Shown piece after piece: positions 12,593 through 22,628 of a stretch of DNA of 48,385 nucleotides. Both the position numbers and the translations under genes were made by a program. Source of the stretch: Clostridiales bacterium DTU087 (GTDB lineage Bacteria > Bacillota > Limnochordia > DTU087); assembly GCA_001513495.1 (NCBI GenBank), contig LFTN01000153.1, positions 1-48,385 of the forward strand. Reading direction: 5' to 3'. Positions within the stretch are counted from its first letter, which is position 1; the number at the start of each line of letters is the position of its first letter. The notes beneath the pieces were generated by a model that did no database searches, had not been told where the DNA came from, and saw only the letters and a program-made list of their open reading frames with translations.

Positions 12593-14755
12593 GTGGCCCA
12601 GTCTTTTGAAGGTGTCGGGGGGAGTAAACCGGTGGCTAAGGTTACGGCAATGGAAATCCGCAAACGGATTGCGTTGGTCTTTTTAGGAGTTATGGCATTC
12701 TTGATTGTGCTTCTCCTGCGTTTAGGCTATCTGCAGCTTGTTCAGAACCGTTGGTATCAAGAGAGAGCTCTTAGTCAGAGAATGCGCCCTGTGCCGGTAG
12801 ACGCGAAGCGGGGCGTTATTTATGATCGCAATCTTCAGAAACTTGCGGTGAGCGTTAGTGCCGATGCTGTCTATGCTGTCCCCGCGGAAATCGAGGATCC
12901 GGCAGCCGCTGCCCAGGCCTTGGCACCTCTCTTGGATATGAAACCAGCTGATTTAGAGGAGAGGTTGACCAGAAAGCAGGCCACTGTCTGGCTCGCCCGT
13001 AAACTGGATACCGACACTGCCAGGGCCGTTAGGGCACTGGACTTGCCTGGAATCGGGCTGGTTGAACGCCCCCAGCGTTACTATCCCCACGGTCAGCTGG
13101 CTGCCCATGTCTTAGGCATTGCCGGTATAGATAACCAGGGACTGGAAGGTCTGGAGTTTTACTATGATGAATATCTAAGGGGAGAACCGGGCCGAGTGGT
13201 AATGGAGAGGGATGCTGCCGGGCGGCAGATACCCGATGGAGTCCGCCGGTTTGTGCCGCCGGTGGATGGTGTCAACCTGGTCCTCACATTAGACCACGTT
13301 ATCCAATATGCAGCTGAAAGAGAGCTGGCCCGGGCTGTGCGGGAGACCGGGTCTGATTACGGTGTCTTCATTGCCATGGATCCTAAGACCGGCGGGATCT
13401 TGGCCATGGCCGTGTATCCAACGTACGATCCTAACAATTACTCATCACATCCGGCGGATAGTCGACGGAACATCGCGATCGTCGATCAATATGAACCGGG
13501 CTCGACTTTCAAGATAGTCACCTCCAGTGCTGCCCTAGATGCGGGAGTCGTCACCCCGGCAACAGGCTTTTACGATCCGGGGCAGATCAAGATTGGGGGA
13601 GTGACGGTAAGGTGCTGGCGGGCCGGAGGCCATGGGTCTCAGACCTTTACTGAGGCTGTAGAAAACTCCTGCAACCCTGTCTTTGCCGAGCTGGGCGCAG
13701 AACGTTTAGGCGGTGAACTGTTCTATAGGTACATACAGCTGTTTGGTTTTGGGGAGAAGACCGGCGTCGACTTTCCGGGGGAGGCCAAGGGAATCGTGCC
13801 GGTACCGGGCAAGATCCAATGGGGCGAAACAGCACGGTGGGCCAATGTTGGCTTTGGCCAGGGCATCGGCGTCACCCCTCTGCAGCTGCTGAGCGCCATG
13901 GCTGCCATAGCCAACGGCGGCGTGAGGGTTACCCCCCATTTTCTCCAGGGGATTTTGGACCACAACGGGCGGCTGATCCAAGAGTATCCGATGACCAGTA
14001 CCCGGGTACTGAAGGAGGAAACCGCCTCCCAGATGGTTGAGATCCTGCGCTCTGTAGTAGTCAACGGCTCAGGCAGCAGAGCGGAAATTCCCGGATATAG
14101 GGTGGCTGGCAAGACGGGGACAGCCCAGGTGGCCGAAGGGGGACGTTACACCGACCGGCGGGTATCCTCATTCGTAGGCTTTGCACCGGCAGATGACCCC
14201 CGGATCGCGGCCATCGTAGTCCTATACCACCCTAAGGGCGAGACCTACGGCGGAGTGATTGCGGCCCCTGTGTTCAAGGAGATCGTTGAGGATGCCTTGG
14301 AAAGGATGGGGGTGCCCCGGCGGGAGGACCCACCGCCAAAATCCCAAGGCAGCGTGTTCCAGAGGGAGAATATCAGGGTGCCCAATGTGCTCAACTTCCC
14401 CAAACAGGAGGCGGAGACCCTCCTCCGGCAAGCCGGGCTGAGATGCCAGTTTAACGGTGAAGGAGAAATCGTCTTTGAACAGGTGCCAGCCCCCGGCAGT
14501 GTAGTGCCGTGGGGCACGGTTGTGCAGCTGCTGGCCTATGATGAGGTTGCCTATGATGCCGGCGAGGAACGGGTTACGGTACCTTCAGTCATCGGCCTCA
14601 GTATGCGGGAGGTGGCGGCAAGGCTGGCCAATGCCGGGCTGCGGCTGCAGGTACGGGGTTCGGGGCTGGCGGTGAGGCAAGAGCCGGCTCCAGGAACAGA
14701 AGTTCCCCGGGACTACATTGTCACTGTCATCTTTGAGTCTCCCGCAGCCAACTAG
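12593..14755 (+). CDS. Class B penicillin-binding protein (FtsI/PBP2B/SpoVD family) with two PASTA domains
   Basis: Transpeptidase motifs STFK, SCN and KTGT. Two C-terminal PASTA-like repeats (VPNVLNFPKQEAETLLRQAGL..., VPSVIGLSMREVAARLANAGL...). The start is uncertain: GTG 12593 or ATG 12650. Confidence 0.9.
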   Translation: MAQSFEGVGGSKPVAKVTAMEIRKRIALVFLGVMAFLIVLLLRLGYLQLVQNRWYQERALSQRMRPVPVDAKRGVIYDRNLQKLAVSVSADAVYAVPAEIEDPAAAAQALAPLLDMKPADLEERLTRKQATVWLARKLDTDTARAVRALDLPGIGLVERPQRYYPHGQLAAHVLGIAGIDNQGLEGLEFYYDEYLRGEPGRVVMERDAAGRQIPDGVRRFVPPVDGVNLVLTLDHVIQYAAERELARAVRETGSDYGVFIAMDPKTGGILAMAVYPTYDPNNYSSHPADSRRNIAIVDQYEPGSTFKIVTSSAALDAGVVTPATGFYDPGQIKIGGVTVRCWRAGGHGSQTFTEAVENSCNPVFAELGAERLGGELFYRYIQLFGFGEKTGVDFPGEAKGIVPVPGKIQWGETARWANVGFGQGIGVTPLQLLSAMAAIANGGVRVTPHFLQGILDHNGRLIQEYPMTSTRVLKEETASQMVEILRSVVVNGSGSRAEIPGYRVAGKTGTAQVAEGGRYTDRRVSSFVGFAPADDPRIAAIVVLYHPKGETYGGVIAAPVFKEIVEDALERMGVPRREDPPPKSQGSVFQRENIRVPNVLNFPKQEAETLLRQAGLRCQFNGEGEIVFEQVPAPGSVVPWGTVVQLLAYDEVAYDAGEERVTVPSVIGLSMREVAARLANAGLRLQVRGSGLAVRQEPAPGTEVPRDYIVTVIFESPAAN

Positions 14756-14880
14756 AGGGGTTGGGGTTGATCCATAAATCATCCCTGAATGGGAAAAAGT
14801 ATATTTGCGGTAGAGATCTGGTGGAGATGAGGGTCTATTCATATTATGCAATAATTAGGCTGCATATCGGGGGATGATGT

Positions 14881-16371
14881 GTGTTGGAAGCAGGGAAGCT
14901 GGCTGCCAGTGTTCCGGAGGCGATCCTGGAAGGTGATCCGGCAGTGGACATCAGGGGCATTGCCTATGATTCCCGGCAGGTTAAGCCGGGGGATCTCTTT
15001 GTCTGTATCAAGGGGTTTCGCTTCGATGGGCACCTGTTCATCGATGATGCTGTGGAGCGGGGAGCTGCAGCGGTAGCAGCAGAATCCGGCAGGAAGGTGC
15101 GGAATCTTTCAGTACCGGTGATCTACGTGCCCGATACCCGCCGGGCTTTGGGGCTGTTCAGCGCTTACTTCTACGGTTATCCTTCCCGGAAGCTGCGGCT
15201 CATTGGCGTTACCGGTACCAACGGTAAGACCACTACCACTTATCTGATTAAATCTATTCTGGAGAGTGCCGGGTGCAAGGCAGGCTTGATTGGCACCATC
15301 CACAACATGATTGGGGATCAAGTGATCCCTACAGAGCGTACCACACCTGAGGCAGCTGACTTGCAGGGCCTGTTTAGTCAAATGGCCGCTGATGGCTGCC
15401 AGTTCGCTGTGATGGAGGTCTCCTCCCACGCCTTGAGCCTGCAGCGTACCGCTGGCACCGAGTTTGACATCGCGGTATTTACAAATCTCTCCCAGGATCA
15501 TCTAGACTTCCATGACAATCTGCAAGACTATTTAGAAGCGAAGGCCAGCTTGTTCTCGGGTTTGGAAGGCCAAGGGGATCACTGCAAGGCAGCAGTGCTC
15601 AATGGCGATGATCAACACAGCCTTTACATAGCGGAGAGAAGCAAAGCACCTGTTATTACCTACGGCATCCACACCGCAGCGGACTACCGGGCCAGGGATA
15701 TTGATATCAGACCCGGTGGACTCACCTACCGGCTGGAACACGCTGGGGAAGCACTGGAGGTAAGGCTTCCCATCACCGGGTATTTCAATGTGTATAATTC
15801 CCTGGCCGCCCTAGCTGCCTGCCGGGCAGCCGGGATTGAGCCGGCGGCAGCTGTGGAAGGACTAAGCAAAGCATCTCCGGTTCCCGGCCGGCTAGAACCG
15901 GTTGACTTAGGCCAGGATTTCGCCGTCATGGTTGACTATGCCCATACCCCCGATGGTTTGGAAAACGTGCTGGAGACAATAAGAGATCTGACAAAGAGCC
16001 GTACCATAGTTGTATTTGGCTGCGGCGGCGACCGGGACAAGGGTAAGCGGGCAGTGATGGGTGAGATTGCAGGCCGGCTGGCAGATGTGGTGATTGTGAC
16101 CTCCGACAATCCCCGGAGTGAATCGCCGGAACTGATCTGTGAGGCGGTGGGTGCCGGTGTGAAGCGAACCATAGGTGACAAATACTGGGAAATCGCTGTC
16201 GATCGGCGCCAAGCTATCCGGCGGGCGATCAGCCTGGCTGAGGCCGGCGATACTGTCTTGATTGCCGGCAAAGGCCATGAGGACTATCAGATATTAGCTG
16301 ATGGCATTATTCATTTTGATGATCGGGAGGAGGCATCCAGGGCCCTTGAAGAGCGCCTGGAACAAGAGTGA
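14881..16371 (+). CDS. murE: UDP-N-acetylmuramoyl-L-alanyl-D-glutamate--2,6-diaminopimelate ligase MurE
   Basis: GVTGTNGKTTT P-loop and the DNPR motif (TSDNPRSE) typical of meso-DAP-adding MurE. GTG start 6 nt after GGGGGA. Confidence 0.93.
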   Translation: MLEAGKLAASVPEAILEGDPAVDIRGIAYDSRQVKPGDLFVCIKGFRFDGHLFIDDAVERGAAAVAAESGRKVRNLSVPVIYVPDTRRALGLFSAYFYGYPSRKLRLIGVTGTNGKTTTTYLIKSILESAGCKAGLIGTIHNMIGDQVIPTERTTPEAADLQGLFSQMAADGCQFAVMEVSSHALSLQRTAGTEFDIAVFTNLSQDHLDFHDNLQDYLEAKASLFSGLEGQGDHCKAAVLNGDDQHSLYIAERSKAPVITYGIHTAADYRARDIDIRPGGLTYRLEHAGEALEVRLPITGYFNVYNSLAALAACRAAGIEPAAAVEGLSKASPVPGRLEPVDLGQDFAVMVDYAHTPDGLENVLETIRDLTKSRTIVVFGCGGDRDKGKRAVMGEIAGRLADVVIVTSDNPRSESPELICEAVGAGVKRTIGDKYWEIAVDRRQAIRRAISLAEAGDTVLIAGKGHEDYQILADGIIHFDDREEASRALEERLEQE

Positions 16372-17813
16372 AACCCATATCAGCAGCACAGATCATTGAA
16401 TGGACCAGCGGCGAACTGCTGGCCGGCTCTCTTTCGCCACATGTCGGGGGAGTATCCATAGACAGCCGCTCAATCAAGGCAGGGGAACTGTTCATACCAC
16501 TAAAGGGAGAACAGGTTGATGGCCACGAGTTCGTGGTTGATGCCTTGGCCCGGGGAGCTGCCGCCGCACTAGTTGCAGAGGATTGGGCTGAGGCCGTCAT
16601 CAGTAGGTTGGCTGAGGCAGATCTGGCAGACAGGAGATTCTGTATCATTGCCGTCAAGGATACTCTAGCTGCCCTTCAAGAACTTGCTGGAAAGTACCGA
16701 TCGCTGTTTTCCCTGTCCATAATTGCCATCACCGGCAGCACTGGAAAGACTTCTACTAAAGATATGACTGCCTCTATCCTCAGCCAGATGGGCCCTGCCC
16801 TTAAGTCTCAAGGCAACCTCAACAACGAAATTGGCCTGCCCCTGACTTTACTTCAACTGGAGGAATCCCATAAGGCTGCAGTGTTGGAGATGGGGATGCG
16901 GGGGTTAGGTCAGATCAGGCAGCTGGCCGAGCTGGCCGGGCCCCAAGTAGGGGTAGTCACCAATGTGGGCACTGTGCATATGGAGCTTTTGGGTTCCCAG
17001 GAAGCTATTCAGCAGGCCAAGCAGGAGCTGATCGACACCATGGCCCCAGGCAGTGTGGCGGTATTGAACGCTGATGATGCCTTGGTAAGGGAGATGGCTC
17101 CAGCTGCCGCCGACAAGGAGATCATCTACTATGGGTGGCAAAAGGTCCAGGACAACGGCATGGCCGAGGATAGCCTGGTTACAGCTGACCAGGTGGTCAG
17201 CCGGGGGGCAGAGGGGACAGCCTTTAACCTGCGGTACCGGGGTGAGTCGATAGCGATAGAACTCCCCATTCCCGGCGTATACCAAGTGAGCAACGCTTTG
17301 GCAGCAGCAGCGGCGGCCCTGGCTGTGGGAGCAGCCCTTGATCATGTGCAGGCTGGCCTGGCAGCGGCATCACTGTCCGACATGAGGATGGAGCTGATTC
17401 CTTGGCTCGGCGGCGGGCTGGTCATTAACGATGCCTACAATGCCAACCCCACCTCCATGGCAGCTGCCTTGCGAACAGCGGGGGAGATTGCCGGTGAACG
17501 GCGGCTGGTACTGGTGCTGGGTGACATGCTTGAATTGGGAGACTTGGCCAGAGATGCCCATTGGCAGGTGGGCAAGCAAGCCGCTGAGCTGCATCCGGCG
17601 TATTTGATCACAGTGGGGCCATTGGCCCAGGAATACGGAAAAGGGGCCCAAGCAGCAGGCCTGGATGGAGCTAGGATAGAATACTGCCTTGACCTGGAGG
17701 AGGCACAGGATGCAGTGCTGCAGCTGACGAGGCCGGGAGATGTGATCTTGGTGAAAGGGTCCCGGGGGCTCGCACTGGAACACGTGGTGGAATCCCTCTG
17801 TGCCAGGCTGTAG
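16368..17813 (+). CDS. murF: UDP-N-acetylmuramoyl-tripeptide--D-alanyl-D-alanine ligase MurF
   Basis: ITGSTGKTSTKDM P-loop and NDAYNANP motif. GTGA start/stop overlap with murE. Confidence 0.9.
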   Translation: MKPISAAQIIEWTSGELLAGSLSPHVGGVSIDSRSIKAGELFIPLKGEQVDGHEFVVDALARGAAAALVAEDWAEAVISRLAEADLADRRFCIIAVKDTLAALQELAGKYRSLFSLSIIAITGSTGKTSTKDMTASILSQMGPALKSQGNLNNEIGLPLTLLQLEESHKAAVLEMGMRGLGQIRQLAELAGPQVGVVTNVGTVHMELLGSQEAIQQAKQELIDTMAPGSVAVLNADDALVREMAPAAADKEIIYYGWQKVQDNGMAEDSLVTADQVVSRGAEGTAFNLRYRGESIAIELPIPGVYQVSNALAAAAAALAVGAALDHVQAGLAAASLSDMRMELIPWLGGGLVINDAYNANPTSMAAALRTAGEIAGERRLVLVLGDMLELGDLARDAHWQVGKQAAELHPAYLITVGPLAQEYGKGAQAAGLDGARIEYCLDLEEAQDAVLQLTRPGDVILVKGSRGLALEHVVESLCARL

Positions 17814-17839
17814 ATATCGGTAAGGAAGGAGAGGAAGGC

Positions 17840-18817
17840 ATGTTTTCGATGGTTCTCTATGCGGCATTATTAGCCTTTCTCATCGCTCTGGCGGCCGGTC
17901 CGCCGCTGATTCGGTTCTTACGCCGGCTGCGGTTCGGCCAGACTGTGAGGACAGATGGGCCCAAGACGCACTTGAAGAAGTCGGGAGTACCCACCATGGG
18001 CGGTATCCTAATTGTACCGGCTGCTGTGATCAGTACACTGATCCTGGCAGGCTCAGACCTTAAGGCCACGTACTGCCTACTGGCCACCATCGGTTTTTCC
18101 CTCATTGGACTCATCGATGACTCGATCATTGTGGTGGCTAAAAGGCCTTTGGGCCTTAAGGCAAGGCACAAGCTGGCCGGTGAAATCATTTTAGGCTTGA
18201 TGGTCAGCCTGTTTGCGCTGAGTGCTCCAGAACTCGGCCCTGTGCTGGCCATACCCTTCAGTCAAGCATCTCTGACTTTGCCGCCTTGGCTGTTTGTGAT
18301 TGTTGCCGCTGGTGCTGTGGTTGGGAGCGCCAATGCCGTCAATTTCACCGATGGCTTGGATGGCTTGGCTGCCGGCACCACGGCCATCGCCTCAGCAGCC
18401 TATGCCCTGCTGTGTATCGGTTTAGGGGAATGGAATCTGGCCGCTTTTGCTGCAGCCATTGCTGGTGCCTGCTTGGGTTTCACCTGGTTTAACGCCCATC
18501 CAGCCCAAGTGATTATGGGCGATACAGGATCGTTGGGGTTAGGGGCGGCCTTGGGAGCCATGGCAGTAGTTACACGGACCGAGCTGTTCCTGGCGATTAT
18601 CGGTGGAATATTTGTCCTGGAGACTCTATCTGTGATTCTGCAGGTTTCTTATTTTCGCCTAACTGGAGGCCGCCGCTTGTTCCGCATGGCGCCGCTCCAT
18701 CACCATTTCGAACTGAAGGGATGGCCGGAGACCAAGGTCGTGTTTCGCTTTTGGCTGATAGCATTTGTCTTTGCTGTGATTGGATTGGCTGGATTCCCTG
18801 CCGTACTTGGGCTTTGA
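17840..18817 (+). CDS. mraY: Phospho-N-acetylmuramoyl-pentapeptide transferase MraY
   Basis: GPKTHLKKSGVPTMGG, NAVNFTDGLDGLA and HHHFEL motifs, with about 10 hydrophobic segments. Confidence 0.95.
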   Translation: MFSMVLYAALLAFLIALAAGPPLIRFLRRLRFGQTVRTDGPKTHLKKSGVPTMGGILIVPAAVISTLILAGSDLKATYCLLATIGFSLIGLIDDSIIVVAKRPLGLKARHKLAGEIILGLMVSLFALSAPELGPVLAIPFSQASLTLPPWLFVIVAAGAVVGSANAVNFTDGLDGLAAGTTAIASAAYALLCIGLGEWNLAAFAAAIAGACLGFTWFNAHPAQVIMGDTGSLGLGAALGAMAVVTRTELFLAIIGGIFVLETLSVILQVSYFRLTGGRRLFRMAPLHHHFELKGWPETKVVFRFWLIAFVFAVIGLAGFPAVLGL

Positions 18818-18835
18818 TGAAAGGGGAGACGACCG

Positions 18836-19930
18836 ATGTCCCGGGAGACTCACTCCATGCCTGACCTGCTTCTGTTCGCTGCGGCCCTGCTGCTGGTGAG
18901 CCTGGGCCTGGTGATGGTGTACAGTGCAAGTTCGGTGATGGCATTGGCAGAGACAGGAGATCCCCTGTATTATCTCAAGCGCCAGATGATGGGTATGACC
19001 CTGGGTACTGCAGCCATGCTGATCCTCATGCAGATTGATTACCGCATTTACCAGCGGGTGGCGATTCTAGGAGTGCTGGCGGCCGGCGGGCTGCTGGCGG
19101 CAGTCTTGGTGATAGGGACCAATGTTTCCGGCTCCCGGTGCTGGATTGACCTTGGCGTCTTTAATCTCCAGCCGTCGGAGCTGAGCAAGCTTGCGTTGGT
19201 CAACTTTATTGCAGCCTTTGCTGCCTCCCGCCCCCAGGCCATGAAAAGCTTTTGGAAAGGGCTGGTGCCGCCGCTGCTCGTCACCGGAGTATTCTTTGGC
19301 CTTGTGATCATGGAACCGGATTTCGGCACCGGAGTATCCATGGTGGGAACAGCATTGATCATGCTCTTTGCCTGTGGTGCCAAGATCAGCCATTTGATCC
19401 TTTTGATACTGATGGCAGTGCCGCTTCTTGGTGCGTTGATCTGGCTGGAACCCTACCGGATGGAAAGGATTCTATCGTTTCTTAACCCTTGGGCAGATCC
19501 TATGAACACAGGCTGGAATATCATCCAGTCCCTATTGGCCATCGGTTCCGGCGGCCTGTTTGGATTGGGGCTCGGCAGCAGCCGGCAGAAGTTCTACTAT
19601 CTACCTGAACAGCACACAGACTTCATTTTTGCCATTCTCGGCGAAGAGTTGGGTTTTCTCGGGAGTCTAGCAGTGCTGGCACTGTTTTTCCTCTTCGCCT
19701 GGAGGGGCTTTCGCATAGCCATGAAGGCAAACGATCTATTTGGATCCTTTTTGGCTGTTGGCATTACTTCCATGATCGTGGTGCAGGCTGCACTTAATAT
19801 CGGAGTTGTCAGCGGTGTGCTGCCGGTAACCGGTGTCACGCTCCCCTTTATCAGCTTCGGCAGCTCGTCATTGGTAGTGAGCCTGGCCGGTGTAGGCGTC
19901 TTGCTCAATATCTCAAAGCGAATCCGCTAG
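18836..19930 (+). CDS. ftsW: SEDS-family peptidoglycan polymerase FtsW/SpoVE
   Basis: Polytopic membrane protein with QPSELSKLA, EPDFGT and LPEQHTDFIF SEDS signatures. Located in the dcw cluster. Confidence 0.9.
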   Translation: MSRETHSMPDLLLFAAALLLVSLGLVMVYSASSVMALAETGDPLYYLKRQMMGMTLGTAAMLILMQIDYRIYQRVAILGVLAAGGLLAAVLVIGTNVSGSRCWIDLGVFNLQPSELSKLALVNFIAAFAASRPQAMKSFWKGLVPPLLVTGVFFGLVIMEPDFGTGVSMVGTALIMLFACGAKISHLILLILMAVPLLGALIWLEPYRMERILSFLNPWADPMNTGWNIIQSLLAIGSGGLFGLGLGSSRQKFYYLPEQHTDFIFAILGEELGFLGSLAVLALFFLFAWRGFRIAMKANDLFGSFLAVGITSMIVVQAALNIGVVSGVLPVTGVTLPFISFGSSSLVVSLAGVGVLLNISKRIR

Positions 19931-19950
19931 ATCTGTAGGTGGTGACAATA

Positions 19951-21087
19951 ATGCGCGTGGTCATTGCCGCCGGCGGCACCGGCGGTCACATATATCCGGG
20001 CTTAACCATCGCCAATGAGCTGAAGGCCCGCTATCCCCAGGGTGAGATCCTGTTTGTGGGCACCCAGTATGGACTGGAGAAAGACATAGTACCCAGGGCC
20101 GGCTACTCTCTGGAGCTTATCTCTGTCCAGTATATCCGCAGGGCTTTATCCCTGGACCTGGTCAAGACCGGCTTAGTTGCACTAAAGGGCCTGGTGCAGT
20201 CTTTGGGGATCATCCGGCAGTTCAAGCCCGATGTTGTGATCGGCACCGGTGGATATGTGGCTGGCCCAGTACTCTTGGCTGCTGCCCTGAGCAGGGTGCC
20301 GACCTTCATTCAAGAGCAAAATGCCTTTCCGGGAATCACCAACCGGCTCCTGGGCCGGTTTATGTCTGGGATTGCGTTAGGGTACCCAGAGGCTGGGCGG
20401 TATTTTCCCAAAGACGGCCGGGTGATAGTCACCGGGAACCCGATTCGCAGGGAGATTGCAGCCATTTCCAGGGAAGAAGGCATTGGCCGTCTCCAGCTGC
20501 GGCCCGACTATAGGACCGTTGTAGTCTTTGGCGGCAGCCAAGGAGGGTTGAGCATTAACCGGGCCATGCGGGAACTGGCTCCCCGGCTGAAGGATGAGCC
20601 TCGTCTGCAGGTAATCCACCAGACCGGGAAGAAAAGCTACGAAGCTATCGCCCGGGATGTATTGGGTACATCTGGCCAAAGGAAAGAGGGACTGCCTCCC
20701 GCAGTCCAGGATGGGTGTATTAGGATTGTGCCCTACATCTACGACATGCCTGCGGCCTTGGCCGCTGCTGATTTGGTGGTGGGTAGAGCAGGGGCTCTTT
20801 CCATCGCTGAGATCACAGTGAGGGGCTTGCCTGCTATCCTCATTCCTTTCCCCCATGCAGCCGAGAACCATCAGGAGAAGAATGCCCGGGTGCTGGAGCA
20901 GGCGGGGGCGGCCAGGGTTATACTGGACCGGGATGTCAATGCTGATACGTTGGGCAGCTGCATCTTCGAACTGCTGGGCAATCCTGAGCTGCTGGCCCGA
21001 ATGGCGGCAGCCAGCAGGGAACTGGGGAGGGCCGATGCTGTCCAGGTGATCGCAGATCGAATTGCTGACCTGGCAGGCTGGTCTTGA
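19951..21087 (+). CDS. murG: Undecaprenyl-PP-MurNAc-pentapeptide GlcNAc transferase MurG
   Basis: MRVVIAAGGTGGHIYPG N-terminus and HQEKNA motif. ATG 19951 lies 8 nt after AGGTGG. Confidence 0.95.
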   Translation: MRVVIAAGGTGGHIYPGLTIANELKARYPQGEILFVGTQYGLEKDIVPRAGYSLELISVQYIRRALSLDLVKTGLVALKGLVQSLGIIRQFKPDVVIGTGGYVAGPVLLAAALSRVPTFIQEQNAFPGITNRLLGRFMSGIALGYPEAGRYFPKDGRVIVTGNPIRREIAAISREEGIGRLQLRPDYRTVVVFGGSQGGLSINRAMRELAPRLKDEPRLQVIHQTGKKSYEAIARDVLGTSGQRKEGLPPAVQDGCIRIVPYIYDMPAALAAADLVVGRAGALSIAEITVRGLPAILIPFPHAAENHQEKNARVLEQAGAARVILDRDVNADTLGSCIFELLGNPELLARMAAASRELGRADAVQVIADRIADLAGWS

Positions 21088-21200
21088 ACTCTGATCTCAA
21101 TCGGGGAACAAGGGGTATGGGCGCACAATATCGGGCCCCTGCATACTATGTAGTATCCTTGCCCTAGGCAGTCATACACAGCAGGGAGGGCAAAGAGCCG

Positions 21201-22628
21201 ATGGGGATACACATGGAGCAGGGGCCTGTTCGTGTACATTTTGTTGGTGTCGGCGGCATCGGGATGAGCGGTATTGCCAGACTCCTGGCAGACATGGGAT
21301 GGCCGGTGTCCGGCTCTGATCTGGTAGCCTCTGAGAAAACCGAAGCTTTGAAGGAAGCCGGAGTCGAGGTGCATACAGGACACCGGCCGGAGAATGCTGC
21401 CGGGGCTGAGCTGGTGGTGGTCTCATCTGCCGTTCCCCTGGACAACTGCGAGCTGCTTTTTGCCAAAGAGAACGGGATCCCAGTGATTACCCGGGCCCAG
21501 ATGCTGGGCAGGCTCATGGAGGCTCGCTGCGGCATAGCGGTCGCCGGCACCCACGGCAAGACTACCACCACTTCAATGCTGTCTTTGGTCCTGGAGAAGG
21601 CGGGGCTTGACCCGAGTGTCGTTGTGGGGGGAGAAGTCTTTGACTTTGGCGGCAACGGGAAATTGGGCCAAGGCCCTCATCTGGTGGTGGAGGCCGATGA
21701 AAGCGACGGTTCACTGCTGGCACTGCCGGCCCAGATCGCGGTAGTCACCAATGTGGAGGCCGAACATCTGAATCACTATGCTGACCTGGAGGCAGTGCGG
21801 GCGACGTTCTTGCGGTTCATGCAGCAAATACCTCCAAAGGGGGTTGTTGTTACCTGTGCCGACGACCAGGGCCTAGCCCAGTTGGCAAAGCAGGTGCGGT
21901 GCCGGCGGGTAGACTACGGCCTTGGCAATGGTGCCCTGTGGCGGGCAACGGATCTGGAGTTCTTGCCCTTTGGGTCCCGCAGCACAGTCTGGCGGGGCAG
22001 CGAGAAGATGGGTACCCTCGAGTTAAGGGTCCCGGGCGGCCACAATGTGGCCAACGCCCTGGCGGTGATGGCGGTGGCCGATGAACTGGAGCTGCCCATC
22101 ACAGAAGCTCTGGCCAGTTTGGCTGATTTCAAGGGAGTGGCCCGCAGATTTGAGAGGCTCGGCGAGGTCGATGGTGTGCTGGTTGTTGATGACTATGCCC
22201 ATCATCCCACAGAGGTGAGGGCAACGTTAGCTGCTGCCAGGCATCTGCAGAGGAGGACTATCACCGTTTTCCAACCTCACCGATATACCCGGGTAGCCGG
22301 TTTGCTGCCGGAATTCGCCGCTTGTTTCTCCAACACAGACCAGCTGGTTCTGACGGAGATCTACCCGGCAGGGGAGAAGCCAATCCCTGGGATCTCCGGC
22401 AGGCTCTTGGCGGAGGCAGTTGAGACAGCGGGGTTTTCTAACTCAGTCTACATACCCGATTATCAAGACATTCCAAGCTTTCTAACTGAGTCAGTAAGGC
22501 CGGGAGATGTAGTCATAACTATGGGAGCCGGCAATATCCGGAGTGTTGGTGTAGATTTGATCAATTTGCTGAAAGCGCGGGTGGTGGCGAAGTGCGAAGG
22601 ATACGGATCAATGGCCGTCGGCAGCTGA
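21201..22628 (+). CDS. murC: UDP-N-acetylmuramate--L-alanine ligase MurC (dcw copy)
   Basis: HFVGVGGIGMSGIARLL, AVAGTHGKTTTTSM and DDYAHHPTEV motifs. The start is ATG 21201 or 21213. Confidence 0.9.
   Translation: MGIHMEQGPVRVHFVGVGGIGMSGIARLLADMGWPVSGSDLVASEKTEALKEAGVEVHTGHRPENAAGAELVVVSSAVPLDNCELLFAKENGIPVITRAQMLGRLMEARCGIAVAGTHGKTTTTSMLSLVLEKAGLDPSVVVGGEVFDFGGNGKLGQGPHLVVEADESDGSLLALPAQIAVVTNVEAEHLNHYADLEAVRATFLRFMQQIPPKGVVVTCADDQGLAQLAKQVRCRRVDYGLGNGALWRATDLEFLPFGSRSTVWRGSEKMGTLELRVPGGHNVANALAVMAVADELELPITEALASLADFKGVARRFERLGEVDGVLVVDDYAHHPTEVRATLAAARHLQRRTITVFQPHRYTRVAGLLPEFAACFSNTDQLVLTEIYPAGEKPIPGISGRLLAEAVETAGFSNSVYIPDYQDIPSFLTESVRPGDVVITMGAGNIRSVGVDLINLLKARVVAKCEGYGSMAVGS

Noticed and set aside
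14838-14868. A sigma-E-like promoter (TTCATATT ... CATATCGG) upstream of murE.
   Set aside because: The spacing (17 nt) and the -10 match are poor against my recollection of the consensus. I could not support it well enough to list it.
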